This document shows, one piece after another, positions 51,592 through 62,780 of a stretch of DNA of 64,000 nucleotides (its first letter is position 1; each line of letters begins with the position of its first letter). Origin of the DNA: SAR324 cluster bacterium SAR324-CTD7B (GTDB lineage Bacteria > SAR324 > NAC60-12). The translations under genes and the position numbers were made by a program. The notes beneath the pieces are model-generated. The model was given only the letters and a program-made list of their open reading frames with translations. It was not told the origin of the DNA and made no database searches. The DNA is taken from positions 2,041 to 66,040 of the forward strand of contig LSNO01000081.1 in the NCBI GenBank assembly GCA_002082305.1, read 5' to 3'.

Positions 51592-52536
51592 CTATCTGTT
51601 CAATTTTACTGGAAGAACCTCTACAGTTTCTTCCAGTAAAAATTCTTTTTGAATGATACTTTGAATCGAAGCAGCTAATTTTTGAAAACACACTTTTCTA
51701 TTGGAAGTTTTCCGAAATAATAATCCAACTCTTCTGGCAGGCGCAGGGTTTTTAAACGGAATATATTTGATAGAAGCATTTTGAATTAGATTATTATAAT
51801 CAATTGCAGTTTGTGGAATCAGGGTAATTCCAATACCAGTAGATACCATATGTCTGATTGTTTCCAGACTTGTACCCTGGAAATCTTTTCTTTCTTTGGT
51901 CATGGCTTGTGAACAAACATCCATAACCTGCCCTCTCAAGCAATGACCTTCTTCCAGTAATAATAGAGTTTCATCCTGCAAATCCTCTATCTTGATAGAT
52001 AATTTAGCAGCAAATGGGTGCTGATTGTTAGCAGCAACATAAAATGGTTCTGTGTATAGAATGATCTCTTCAAGTCCTCTCATTTCTAGAGGAACTGCTA
52101 AGATTCCTGCATCCAATGTTCCTTCACTCAGTTTTTTCAACATAACTTCTGTTTGAACTTCCTGTAAGATAATTTCCAGTTGAGGATAGGCTTGATTTAT
52201 AGGTTGCACAATCAAGGGCAAAAGATAAGGTGCTATTGTTGGAATTAGACCAACATTGAGTGTACCGCTCATTGGATCTGTATAGGTTGAAACCATATTT
52301 TCAATGGAAGCCGCATCAGCCAAAATTCTCCGTGATATTTTTACTATTTCTTCACCAATGGGTGTCAAAAAGACATTTCTGGTGGTTCGTTCTACCAGTT
52401 GAGCGCCAATGTGGTCTTCTAATTTTTTTAGTTGTCCGCTCAAAGTGGGTTGGCTCACAAAACATTTCTCTGCTGCTTTTCGAAAATGTTTTAATTCGCC
52501 GATGGCTGAAAGATATTCCAGATCTCTCAAATTCAT
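51592..52536 (-). CDS. oxyR: LysR-family hydrogen peroxide-sensing regulator OxyR
   Basis: N-terminal HTH (LRDLEYL...VSQPTLSGQLKKLE). Both redox cysteines are conserved in context: EEGHCLRGQVMDVC versus E. coli EDGHC199LRDQAMGFC208, followed by TSLETIRHMV. Start taken at MNLRDLEYL. Confidence 0.8.
   Translation of the reverse strand: MNLRDLEYLSAIGELKHFRKAAEKCFVSQPTLSGQLKKLEDHIGAQLVERTTRNVFLTPIGEEIVKISRRILADAASIENMVSTYTDPMSGTLNVGLIPTIAPYLLPLIVQPINQAYPQLEIILQEVQTEVMLKKLSEGTLDAGILAVPLEMRGLEEIILYTEPFYVAANNQHPFAAKLSIKIEDLQDETLLLLEEGHCLRGQVMDVCSQAMTKERKDFQGTSLETIRHMVSTGIGITLIPQTAIDYNNLIQNASIKYIPFKNPAPARRVGLLFRKTSNRKVCFQKLAASIQSIIQKEFLLEETVEVLPVKLNR
51608..51651 (+). terminator. Intrinsic terminator hairpin for ilvBN: 11-bp perfect stem TACTGGAAGAA/TTCTTCCAGTA with a 10-nt loop, then a U-rich tract AAAATTCTTTTT. 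It overlaps the 3' coding end of oxyR on the opposite strand.
   Basis: The perfect inverted repeat was read directly from the sequence. It lies in the convergent junction between ilvN and oxyR. Confidence 0.45.
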
Positions 52537-53197
52537 TAAACACTCCTCAAACAAAAGGTTAATCTGTATTAATTGATGTTACCAATCAGAATAACAAAAT
52601 TAAAAGATTAAACAAATCAATTTAAATATTTTATATTTACACTGAGTTCATTGAGGGCTAAAGGGGAGTTTATACCCGGGGTTTAGAGCAGACTTGAGCA
52701 TGAGAAAGAGGGATATGGAACTTCAGTCAGCAGGCTGATGGCGTTATAGCTTTGGCTTCAAGTCTCTTGTTTTATCACACAATCCAGCAGATCTTTTCCA
52801 TGCTGTTCAGATCATAACCACTTTCGTCAATGTTGACCTGTTAGTCCACATCACCATTGACAACGATATAAAAACCCTTGCCATGCATTCCAAGCCTGCC
52901 CTTCGAAACATCTAGTTCAAGGTCGAGTTTCTTGGAGTATTCATCTTTAAACTGTCTTCGGGCATCTGATCTCAATTGGAAATGGGCATTGTCGTTATCT
53001 TCTTCGTTATTTCGGTTGGGTGCTCACTCTGAGATTTCTCTAGTCGGAATGCAAAGATTGCAAGAAGCACCTTCTCATTTGAAAGTTTTTAATGACTTTG
53101 CCAAGGCGTATTGTTGTTCCTTCATTTCTTCGCTGCTCTCTATCGATCATTGAATTGATAGTCAATGCCTGTCAAAGTCATCGAAACAAACGATTAG

Positions 53198-55489
<2,292 letters not shown>

Positions 55490-55523
55490 TCCATGTCTGC
55501 GGAATGGTTCATAGAGAGAAGTA

Positions 55524-55757
55524 TCACAAAAAATGTGAAACAAGATATTTCCGGATATCTTTTGCTTCTTTCATTGGACCATCTTGAGTTATTAGGCAGG
55601 GGACCATCACATCCCCTGTCAGTTCTACAAGTTCTTTCGCATAGTCCGGATTCAGGCGGATATCCTTGAATGTAAATTTATCTTTTATTTTTAGCGTGGA
55701 AATCGTATTCAGCACAATCTGCGAATATTCACAGTCTTCATAAAAATAAAGTTCCAT
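55524..55757 (-). CDS. Glutaredoxin-like / NrdH-like small thioredoxin-fold protein (CxxS active site)
   Basis: 77 aa with an N-terminal Y-E-D-C-E-Y-S motif and a thioredoxin-fold pattern (VPCL...G). Lies between katG and the peroxiredoxin. Confidence 0.55.
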   Translation of the reverse strand: MELYFYEDCEYSQIVLNTISTLKIKDKFTFKDIRLNPDYAKELVELTGDVMVPCLITQDGPMKEAKDIRKYLVSHFL

Positions 55758-55844
55758 TCACTGTGTGTCAGATTAAAATTCCCAAAAAAAAAGGCGGTCT
55801 TAATTGAGACCGCCTGTATGATTTTAAAAAAGATTTCCAGTCGC

Positions 55845-56303
55845 TCAGCTGTTAACCTTTTTGCACTCAGCTAAAAGCTCGCCAATAATGCGCTCTCCAT
55901 CTGCCATAACGGAATATCGAACCGAGCCTTGCTTGTCTACTATAACTGTTGATCGAGCTGCGAATCCCTTATTCTCCAAATAAGCCCCATAAGAAGTCGA
56001 CATGGCGCCTTTTGGATGGAAATCCTGCAGCAGTGGATAAGACACACCGCCAAGGGATTCGGCCCATTTTTTATGTGAATGTTTACTGTCAATGCTCACA
56101 CCCAATACTTGAGTGTCTGCCTCCTTGAATCGATCAATCATCGACTCAATTTTGGGTATTTCCCTGCTTCATGTGGCTGTCCAATCTAATACATAAAACA
56201 CCAGCATTACATTCTTTTCTCCCTTGAACTCACTCAGGGAAAACTCCGTATCAAACTGACTGGCCAATTTAAAATCCGGTGCTTCCGAACCAACTGCAAT
56301 CAT
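55845..56303 (-). CDS. Peroxiredoxin (Bcp/PrxQ-like) with an in-frame TGA (56169..56171) at the peroxidatic cysteine position. Putative selenocysteine-containing peroxiredoxin; alternatively a pseudogene.
   Basis: Manual translation from the ATG at 56303 gives MIAVGSEAPDFKLASQFDTEFSLSEFKGEKNVMLVFYVLDWTAT[TGA]SREIPKIESMIDRFKEADTQVLGVSIDSKHSHKKWAES.... This aligns with Bcp (...VVLYFYPKDDTPGCTTEA...GISPDSPESHKKFAEK...). The TGA falls exactly on the TxxC peroxidatic Cys. The ORF track lists only the C-terminal part, 55845..56141. Confidence 0.6.
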
Positions 56304-56425
56304 TAATACCTCCAAAGAATTATTTGAAAAAGCCCTGAAAACAACATGAATTCAGAGTAAACGTAAACTGTGACTAACAGCCGAAAGATGGGGATAACTC
56401 GGTTGTCAAATTGATCTGACTAAAC

Positions 56426-57469
56426 TTATTTACTCAGTTGATTCAATGATTGTCCGATCGGCAAAAACGGAAGAACATTCCTTCCCAACTCTTTGTCAGC
56501 AATCACCTTGTTTACTTTGGGGAGAATGCTGGCCATTGTTTCTAGCAGAATCCGCTCCCGGGTAATATCTTTGGCCATTTTATATTCTTCATAGATCAGA
56601 TTAAATCTTTCTGATTCACCAATGGCGACCAACACCTTTTCTTTGGCATAACCCTTTGCACTATTGATCAATTGTGCAGCTTCTCCTCTGGCTTTCGGAA
56701 CAAGATTGTTTCTGTAACCTTCTGCATCATTGATCATTTTTTCACGGTCCTCACGGGCACTTACCACATCTTTAAAAGCTTCTTTTACCGCGTCCGGAGG
56801 ATGAACATCCTGCAGTTTCACATTCTCAATCTTAATTCCGCCTTTGTAACTGTTCATTGTTTGCTGAAGAAGCAGAGCAGTAGTATCTTCAATTATTCCT
56901 TTTCCAACAGTCAGTGCTTGCGTAACTGAAGAATCACCGATAACTTCACGCATCGCGGATTCAGCGGCAGATCTCACAGTTACATCCGGATTAGTCAGAC
57001 TATAAAGATAATTTTCCAAATCAGAAATGCGATACTGCACAATGAACTGCACATCAATGATGTTTTCATCTCCGGTGAGCATTAATGATTCTTTTAAAAC
57101 ACGTCTGTATTTGGCAGGAGGTCCAGTCTGTATTGTACGGAATCCAATCTCAAGTCTCCGCACTGCAGTTACCGGAGCAATCTGGACGGTTTCGATCGGA
57201 GACGGTAAATGATAATGCGGTCCCGGTCCAACCACTTCTGTAACCTCTCCAAAACGCTTGATGACTCCCTGTTCTTCAGGATCAATAATAAAAATACCTG
57301 TTGCCAACCAAACGATAATTGCTAAAATTATGATGTAGGAAAATACCCCTTTTTTTGGCAGACCAATCTTAAACTTATCCTGAAGATTGCTGAGGAGTTC
57401 ATCAATATCGGGAGGTTTCGGCCCTTTTTCCCAAGGTGATTTATTTGGCGGTTTGTTCCAGGTACCCAT
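56426..57469 (-). CDS. hflK: HflK/HflC-family SPFH (band 7) domain protein
   Basis: N-terminal TM helix, SPFH domain and coiled-coil C-terminus. The proline-rich cytoplasmic N-terminus (GPKPPDIDELLSNL) is typical of HflK. Confidence 0.75.
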   Translation of the reverse strand: MGTWNKPPNKSPWEKGPKPPDIDELLSNLQDKFKIGLPKKGVFSYIIILAIIVWLATGIFIIDPEEQGVIKRFGEVTEVVGPGPHYHLPSPIETVQIAPVTAVRRLEIGFRTIQTGPPAKYRRVLKESLMLTGDENIIDVQFIVQYRISDLENYLYSLTNPDVTVRSAAESAMREVIGDSSVTQALTVGKGIIEDTTALLLQQTMNSYKGGIKIENVKLQDVHPPDAVKEAFKDVVSAREDREKMINDAEGYRNNLVPKARGEAAQLINSAKGYAKEKVLVAIGESERFNLIYEEYKMAKDITRERILLETMASILPKVNKVIADKELGRNVLPFLPIGQSLNQLSK

Positions 57470-57711
57470 TTTAAATTTTCATGTTTAAGATTTTGATAGA
57501 TTAGACAATAAATTAAGCGAAGACTGCGGAAAATACAAGCTTAATGCTCACATGCATACAAAATAATTGAAAACAGTATTTTGATGAACTAGTTTACAAA
57601 GTCTATAATTCACAATTGTTTGTCATTCCTGCTTTCGCGGGAATGGATAATTTTCAGGTAATTGTCTAATCTTGATTGCTAACAAGCAATACATTGTTAA
57701 TGCAGAATGAC

Positions 57712-58617
57712 TTATGCAGTCAGTACCTCAACTCCACTTTCAGTAACCAGCAAAGTGTGTTCCCACTGAGCAGATAACTCTCCGTCCACAGTCACAGCCG
57801 TCCAGCCGTCACCCAAAACTCTGCATTCATAACTGCCCATGTTGATCATCGGTTCAATTGTGAAGATCATATTTTCCTGAATGGTTACACCTGTCCCCGG
57901 CTGACCGAAATGCAGTACCTGTGGAGGCTCGTGAAATTCCACTCCAACTCCATGTCCTGCAAAATCTCTGACTACCGAAAAGCCGTGTTTTTCCGCATGC
58001 TGCTGAATAGCGTGGCCAATGTCCCCAAGCGTATTAGATGGACAAACCTGTTCTATCCCCAGTTCAAGACATTCCCGTGTGACTTCCACCAATTCCCGCG
58101 TTTTTTCCGGAACATCGCCAATGATAAACATTCTGCTGGCATCTCCAAAATAGCCGTCCAAATCGCAGGTAACATCAATATTCACAATATCACCGCTCTG
58201 CAGTGCCTGATTGTTTGGAATACCATGACAAATGACATTGTTCAGTGAACTGCAGACACTTTTAGGAAACGGCATCCTGCGTCGACCTTGACCGTGCCCG
58301 TAATTCAATGGAGCCGGAATTGCGCCGTTAGCCAAAGTTTCACGATAAACCCACCCGTCTATTTCATTTGTGGTCACTCCCTCACCGATTCGTTCCTCAA
58401 CCATATCGAGCAGAATTTTTGTAAGTTGGCTGCTTTTGCGGATACCTTCAATCTGTTTCTCGGTTTTAATAATAACTTGACGCCATTTAGGCTTAGGTTT
58501 TGTCTCAGGCAACGGCACCTGTTTTTGCCCTTTTTCCATGTGGCATTTTTTATATTTTTTACCGCTTCCGCACCAGCAGGGTGCATTTCGGGGAATTGTA
58601 TTTGCTGCTGTTTTCAT
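57712..58617 (-). CDS. map: Type I methionine aminopeptidase with N-terminal SEC-C zinc-binding motif
   Basis: SEC-C motif PCWCGSGKKYKKCH followed by the MetAP pita-bread fold with the metal ligands D, D, H, E, E. Confidence 0.85.
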   Translation of the reverse strand: MKTAANTIPRNAPCWCGSGKKYKKCHMEKGQKQVPLPETKPKPKWRQVIIKTEKQIEGIRKSSQLTKILLDMVEERIGEGVTTNEIDGWVYRETLANGAIPAPLNYGHGQGRRRMPFPKSVCSSLNNVICHGIPNNQALQSGDIVNIDVTCDLDGYFGDASRMFIIGDVPEKTRELVEVTRECLELGIEQVCPSNTLGDIGHAIQQHAEKHGFSVVRDFAGHGVGVEFHEPPQVLHFGQPGTGVTIQENMIFTIEPMINMGSYECRVLGDGWTAVTVDGELSAQWEHTLLVTESGVEVLTA

Positions 58618-58650
58618 ACTTTCACTAAAAAAACTGCTCTTGTTGACTTA

Positions 58651-59505
58651 TTATTTCAGGAAATCAAGTAAACGGCCAAATCTATATCCGCCAAAAATAT
58701 TTTCATCAGGATCGTGCGACCAGTAGATAATCTGTCCTTTTCCGGCAACTGTTTTCAGATCAACAAAACCCCAGTAACGACTATCTGCACTGTTGTATCG
58801 GTTATCTCCCATCGCAAATATTTTACCTTCCGGAATCTTAATCGGACCAAAGCGGCTGACCGGAGTTGAGGACATTAAACCCTGCGCCAGTCGGGTTCTC
58901 CGTTCATTTGGTTCATAATATGCGTAAGGCTCATCAAGTTGTTCTCCATTTATGAAAACCTGGTCTTTCCGAATTTCCAGTGTCTCACCAGGCAGCCCAA
59001 CTGCGCGTTTTATGTAGTCAACCGAAGGGTCACTCGGAAATGGAAAAATGATAATATCTCCCCGCAGTACAGGTTTTTTAAAAAGTTTGATATCTGTGAA
59101 GGGAATCGGTGAGCCATAGGAATACATACTGGCAAATATGTGGTCTCCAATCTGAATAGTCGGCAGCATCGATCCGGATGGAATTTGATAAGGTGCAAAC
59201 AAATAGGTCCGGACAATGGTTGCCACTACAACCGCAAAAATCAGAGCCTCGGTCCATTCCCTGATTGTGCGGTTCGGAATCAGAAGGTCCAGGCGCAAAA
59301 ACCCCTTTGCTGCTTTCAAAAGATCCGCCTCATTTTTCATGATTTCTTCTGCCTGAGGGAGCTTCCGGACACGGCTCAAAAAAATATACGAGTTTGGAAA
59401 TACCCTGTTCTCCAGCTCAGTAAGGTCGTTTAGAGCAACATCACTGACTCCTTTTTTCCGGAGGTTTTTAAATGATTTTTCTGAAAGTTTATAGGTAACA
59501 AACAT
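58651..59505 (-). CDS. lepB: Signal peptidase I
   Basis: Box B IPSGSMLPTI (catalytic Ser), box D with the catalytic Lys (YIKRAVGLPGE), box E GDNRYNSADSRYWG. Confidence 0.85.
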   Translation of the reverse strand: MFVTYKLSEKSFKNLRKKGVSDVALNDLTELENRVFPNSYIFLSRVRKLPQAEEIMKNEADLLKAAKGFLRLDLLIPNRTIREWTEALIFAVVVATIVRTYLFAPYQIPSGSMLPTIQIGDHIFASMYSYGSPIPFTDIKLFKKPVLRGDIIIFPFPSDPSVDYIKRAVGLPGETLEIRKDQVFINGEQLDEPYAYYEPNERRTRLAQGLMSSTPVSRFGPIKIPEGKIFAMGDNRYNSADSRYWGFVDLKTVAGKGQIIYWSHDPDENIFGGYRFGRLLDFLK

Positions 59506-59723
59506 CTTGAATTACACTTATTTTCTGATTTAAATCTTTTGTTTTACTGACCTGAGTCAGTTTGTCTTTGAATCCAAACTGAATAATTCCGGGTATCTGC
59601 ATTCAACGACAAATTAAAATAAGACCAGGAGTTGACGTCTGGCACAACTCTTCAAAGGGTGGTCTTCCATTCTGAATTGCTTTGAGTAAATAGTCAAATT
59701 ATCGTATAGTCCTGCCGTCACAA

Positions 59724-60791
59724 TTAACTGGCCGAATACTCAGGTTCTCCGCGAAAATCCAACCAGCCCCGAAACAGTGAATAACCCATCACCCACGGCA
59801 GCACGTGCTGCTGGCAAATAAAGACAAGCCAGTCTTTGAGCGAAAGATCCCGCAAATTTGCAAAGCGCAGACTTGCTCCGGCAGTCATTAGCAGGCACAA
59901 AAGGTAGGCACTTCCTGCCAGAAACAAACTCTTTCCGGATAAACCGAAAAGCTGTGATCCAAGAAAAACAATTTGAGAAAGCACAAATAAAGAGTATAAT
60001 TTCTTCTTCAAATGCGGAATTTTGAGACCAATTATCTGATGTGCGTCCAAATCATTACGGTAACGGCGGGGAAATCTCCGAGACAATAAACCGTCATAAT
60101 AATATCTTCGTGCTAAAACCAGCGGCCGTAAATAGCTTGAAGGTAGAGGTGGATGTTCCACAATCAGTTCGGGAGCAAATATAATCGGAAATCCTGCAGC
60201 TAAAATGCTGAACGCTAAATCTGTGTCCTCCCGGAAAGGAATAAGATAAGCCGGATGAAAATGTGCTAAGTTTCGGCGGACCAGAAAATTACATGTTGGG
60301 TAGCGTCCGCCGTCAATGTTTTCGGTTTGATGCGTGAATGGCGTAGCCCGGCTGCGTTGAGTGACTTCTGTACGGCCCTCAAATGCTCCGGCTTCCGGTT
60401 TTTGCTGAATTAGCGTAAGTGCATTTTTTACCCAGTCCGGATGTGGAATAACATCCGCGTCCATAAACCCGATCCATGTTCCGGAAGATAAAGCAACTCC
60501 GGCATTACGGGCATTGCCTGGACCGGAATTCGGAATTGTAGTCCATTGAAGCTGTAACTCAGAGCGTGCTTTAAACTGCTGCAGCATTTGCAAAGTTTCA
60601 TCTGTGGAACCATCGTCTGCAACTGTAACTTCAAAACAGGATTTTTGCGCAGTTTGTTTTTCAAGGGCTTCAAGACAGATTGACAGCAGTTTTGCGCTGT
60701 TGAAAGCAGGAATCACGATTGAAAGAACTTCCGCTTTTTGTTTACTTTGCGGTGAAGATTCCAGTTCAACTTTTTTTTTAATATAACCCAT
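59724..60791 (-). CDS. Family 2 glycosyltransferase with C-terminal membrane domain (annotated start probably too far upstream)
   Basis: GT-A fold motifs LSIVIPAFN, VADDGSTDET and MDADV (DXD). Confidence 0.7.
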   Translation of the reverse strand: MGYIKKKVELESSPQSKQKAEVLSIVIPAFNSAKLLSICLEALEKQTAQKSCFEVTVADDGSTDETLQMLQQFKARSELQLQWTTIPNSGPGNARNAGVALSSGTWIGFMDADVIPHPDWVKNALTLIQQKPEAGAFEGRTEVTQRSRATPFTHQTENIDGGRYPTCNFLVRRNLAHFHPAYLIPFREDTDLAFSILAAGFPIIFAPELIVEHPPLPSSYLRPLVLARRYYYDGLLSRRFPRRYRNDLDAHQIIGLKIPHLKKKLYSLFVLSQIVFLGSQLFGLSGKSLFLAGSAYLLCLLMTAGASLRFANLRDLSLKDWLVFICQQHVLPWVMGYSLFRGWLDFRGEPEYSAS

Positions 60792-62094
60792 GCCACAGCA
60801 TTCTCTTGATCCGGAGTTGTCCGGTTTTATTCATAATTTGCGGGCTTCCCTGCCCTATCTGGAAGAGTTCCATCAGCAAACTTTCGTGGTTCAACTAAGC
60901 GGAGATTTGCTTAATGGTCACAATTTCAGAGTAATTGAAGATTTAGCGCTCTTGCAACAAGTTGGTATCAGAATCGTTTTGATCCATGGCGCAGAAACAC
61001 AGATCCGCAAGTTTCTAACTGATGGTGGTCTTGTTTGCCAAACTGAAGACGGTATTCTTGTTGCGGAAGAAACACATTTACCGCTGATTGAACAGGCAAT
61101 TTCTTCTGCAAACTGGCAGTTACTGACTCGGTTCAGGAGTTGTAGTCGGCAGCTTCAAACCTTAACCGGTCATTTCATGTTTGCAGAGAAAAAATCTTTT
61201 TCCGGAAATTTCGGTACACACTTCACTGGAAACGTTTGCGGACTTGACCTGGAAACACTCCGTCAGGAAATTTCAAACTCAAAGCTTGTTATACTACCAC
61301 CTTTTGCACTGGGAGAAAAGGGACGATTGTGGATTCTTGATCCAAATCAGGTTGCCTTTGAAGTGGCAACGCGCTTACGTGCAAAAAAATTTATTGTACT
61401 GGATACATTAACATTGCCGCAAATTGATGGCTCAGATTCTCTGGAAATGACAACAGAAAGTGTTCAGCAATGGTTGAAAAAAAATCCGGATTTACCTTCA
61501 TCACAGCGCCTGCAATTGAATGTACTGACTGAAGCCTGTGTTCATGGTGTTGAACGGTGTCATTTGCTGGACGGCAGGGTTGAGGGTGCCCTGCTAGCAG
61601 AACTGCTTACTCCAAAAGGAGCCGGAGTAATGATTACAAACAGTTCATACAAACGCACTCGTCCTGCACAGCTTAGCGATTTGCAGTCTATTTTGGAAAT
61701 CCTCAAAAGTCCGGTTCAGCATGCAGCAATTGTTTTACGCACGTCTTCCTACATTGAACAGCAAATTGATAATTATCTGGTGTTTTGTATTGATGAAGAC
61801 GTTGTTGGTTGCTGCGAAGTTATTTATTATCCAGATGGTTCTGCTGCAGAAATTGCCAGTCTGGCAGTGAATAAATCATATCGTAATCAGGGGATCGGCA
61901 GTGAACTGATCCAGGCTGCTTCTGAAAAAATCCGCTCTGGAAACTGCAAACTTGCATTCGCTTTAAGTACTGCCACCTCACATGTTTTTACTCAATGCGG
62001 ATTTCGTGAAATAAGTCCGGAAGAACTTCCGGAGCAAAAGCGTAAAAACTACGACTTTCAGGAGTCAATTGTTTACGGAAGGAATATGGATTGA
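60790..62094 (+). CDS. argA: Amino-acid N-acetyltransferase (N-acetylglutamate synthase): amino-acid-kinase domain plus GNAT domain
   Basis: The N-terminus ELSGFIHNLRASLPYLEEFHQQTFVVQLSGD parallels E. coli ArgA [28 protein letters not shown]. The C-terminal GNAT motif is YRNQGIGSELI. Confidence 0.8.
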   Translation: MPQHSLDPELSGFIHNLRASLPYLEEFHQQTFVVQLSGDLLNGHNFRVIEDLALLQQVGIRIVLIHGAETQIRKFLTDGGLVCQTEDGILVAEETHLPLIEQAISSANWQLLTRFRSCSRQLQTLTGHFMFAEKKSFSGNFGTHFTGNVCGLDLETLRQEISNSKLVILPPFALGEKGRLWILDPNQVAFEVATRLRAKKFIVLDTLTLPQIDGSDSLEMTTESVQQWLKKNPDLPSSQRLQLNVLTEACVHGVERCHLLDGRVEGALLAELLTPKGAGVMITNSSYKRTRPAQLSDLQSILEILKSPVQHAAIVLRTSSYIEQQIDNYLVFCIDEDVVGCCEVIYYPDGSAAEIASLAVNKSYRNQGIGSELIQAASEKIRSGNCKLAFALSTATSHVFTQCGFREISPEELPEQKRKNYDFQESIVYGRNMD

Positions 62095-62103
62095 TTACAG
62101 GTT

Positions 62104-62742
62104 TTACGGCAAGACAACAACTTCTACCCGGTTGTTTAAGCTTCTTTGAGTAGGTGAAGCTTCGCGGAAGCGCGGACGTGTTGAACCAAAACTCTTAACT
62201 GTAATTTTTGTGGGATCCAGCCCGTTTTCAATAAAGAATCGAGCAATCTTCGAGGCACGTGCTCCAGCCAGTTCCCAGGTTGAATCCCAATTATCCGGCT
62301 GTTTTTTTTCCGTATGTCCTTCGATTTGAATTTTGTTGGGCAGGAGGAAGATGAGTTTGGAGAAGCGGGTCATTTCCTTGACTGCCTTTGCATTCAACTT
62401 GGCAGAATCTGTTTTAAAATATGCACTTGCTTTGAAAGAGACAACAACCCCCTTTTCTTCAACATTGATATTTGCGTCATCTCCCAACTCACTTTCCTCC
62501 AACTGCTGGGCAATCTGCTCAACGATGGAGTCTTTACCCTCATTCAAAAACGGAGTACCAGCCGGTAGAGGTTTAAAACTCGCAGCCAGGCTTTTGAATT
62601 TCATTGTTTCATATTTGCACGATGAAAAGAGCAAGATGAAAAAGCAAAGCAGGAGCGTTACCAAATCACCATAAGTAAAAATCCACTCCTGATCGAACGG
62701 AACACAAACTTCGCAATCATCCTCATCAATGAGTTGTCCCAT
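62104..62742 (-). CDS. motB: Flagellar motor stator protein MotB paralog 2 (OmpA-like C-terminal domain)
   Basis: Plug/TM segment WIFTYGDLVTLLLCFFILLFS with the conserved Asp, then a C-terminal OmpA-like peptidoglycan-binding domain (GHTEKKQPDNWDSTWELAGARASKIARFF...NNRVEVVVLP). Confidence 0.7.
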   Translation of the reverse strand: MGQLIDEDDCEVCVPFDQEWIFTYGDLVTLLLCFFILLFSSCKYETMKFKSLAASFKPLPAGTPFLNEGKDSIVEQIAQQLEESELGDDANINVEEKGVVVSFKASAYFKTDSAKLNAKAVKEMTRFSKLIFLLPNKIQIEGHTEKKQPDNWDSTWELAGARASKIARFFIENGLDPTKITVKSFGSTRPRFREASPTQRSLNNRVEVVVLP

Positions 62743-62780
62743 CTCAGGTACGCAGTATTAAGTTAAGGGTTGCAGAGAAA

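Noticed and set aside
55845-56141. Reading the peroxiredoxin as a simple N-terminally truncated fragment or pseudogene
   Set aside because: Extending upstream gives a full-length Bcp-like protein with a proper ATG. The single in-frame stop is a TGA sitting exactly on the peroxidatic Cys column, and a stable hairpin follows at a SECIS-appropriate distance. Selenocysteine recoding is therefore the better hypothesis. Pseudogenisation remains the alternative (see findings).
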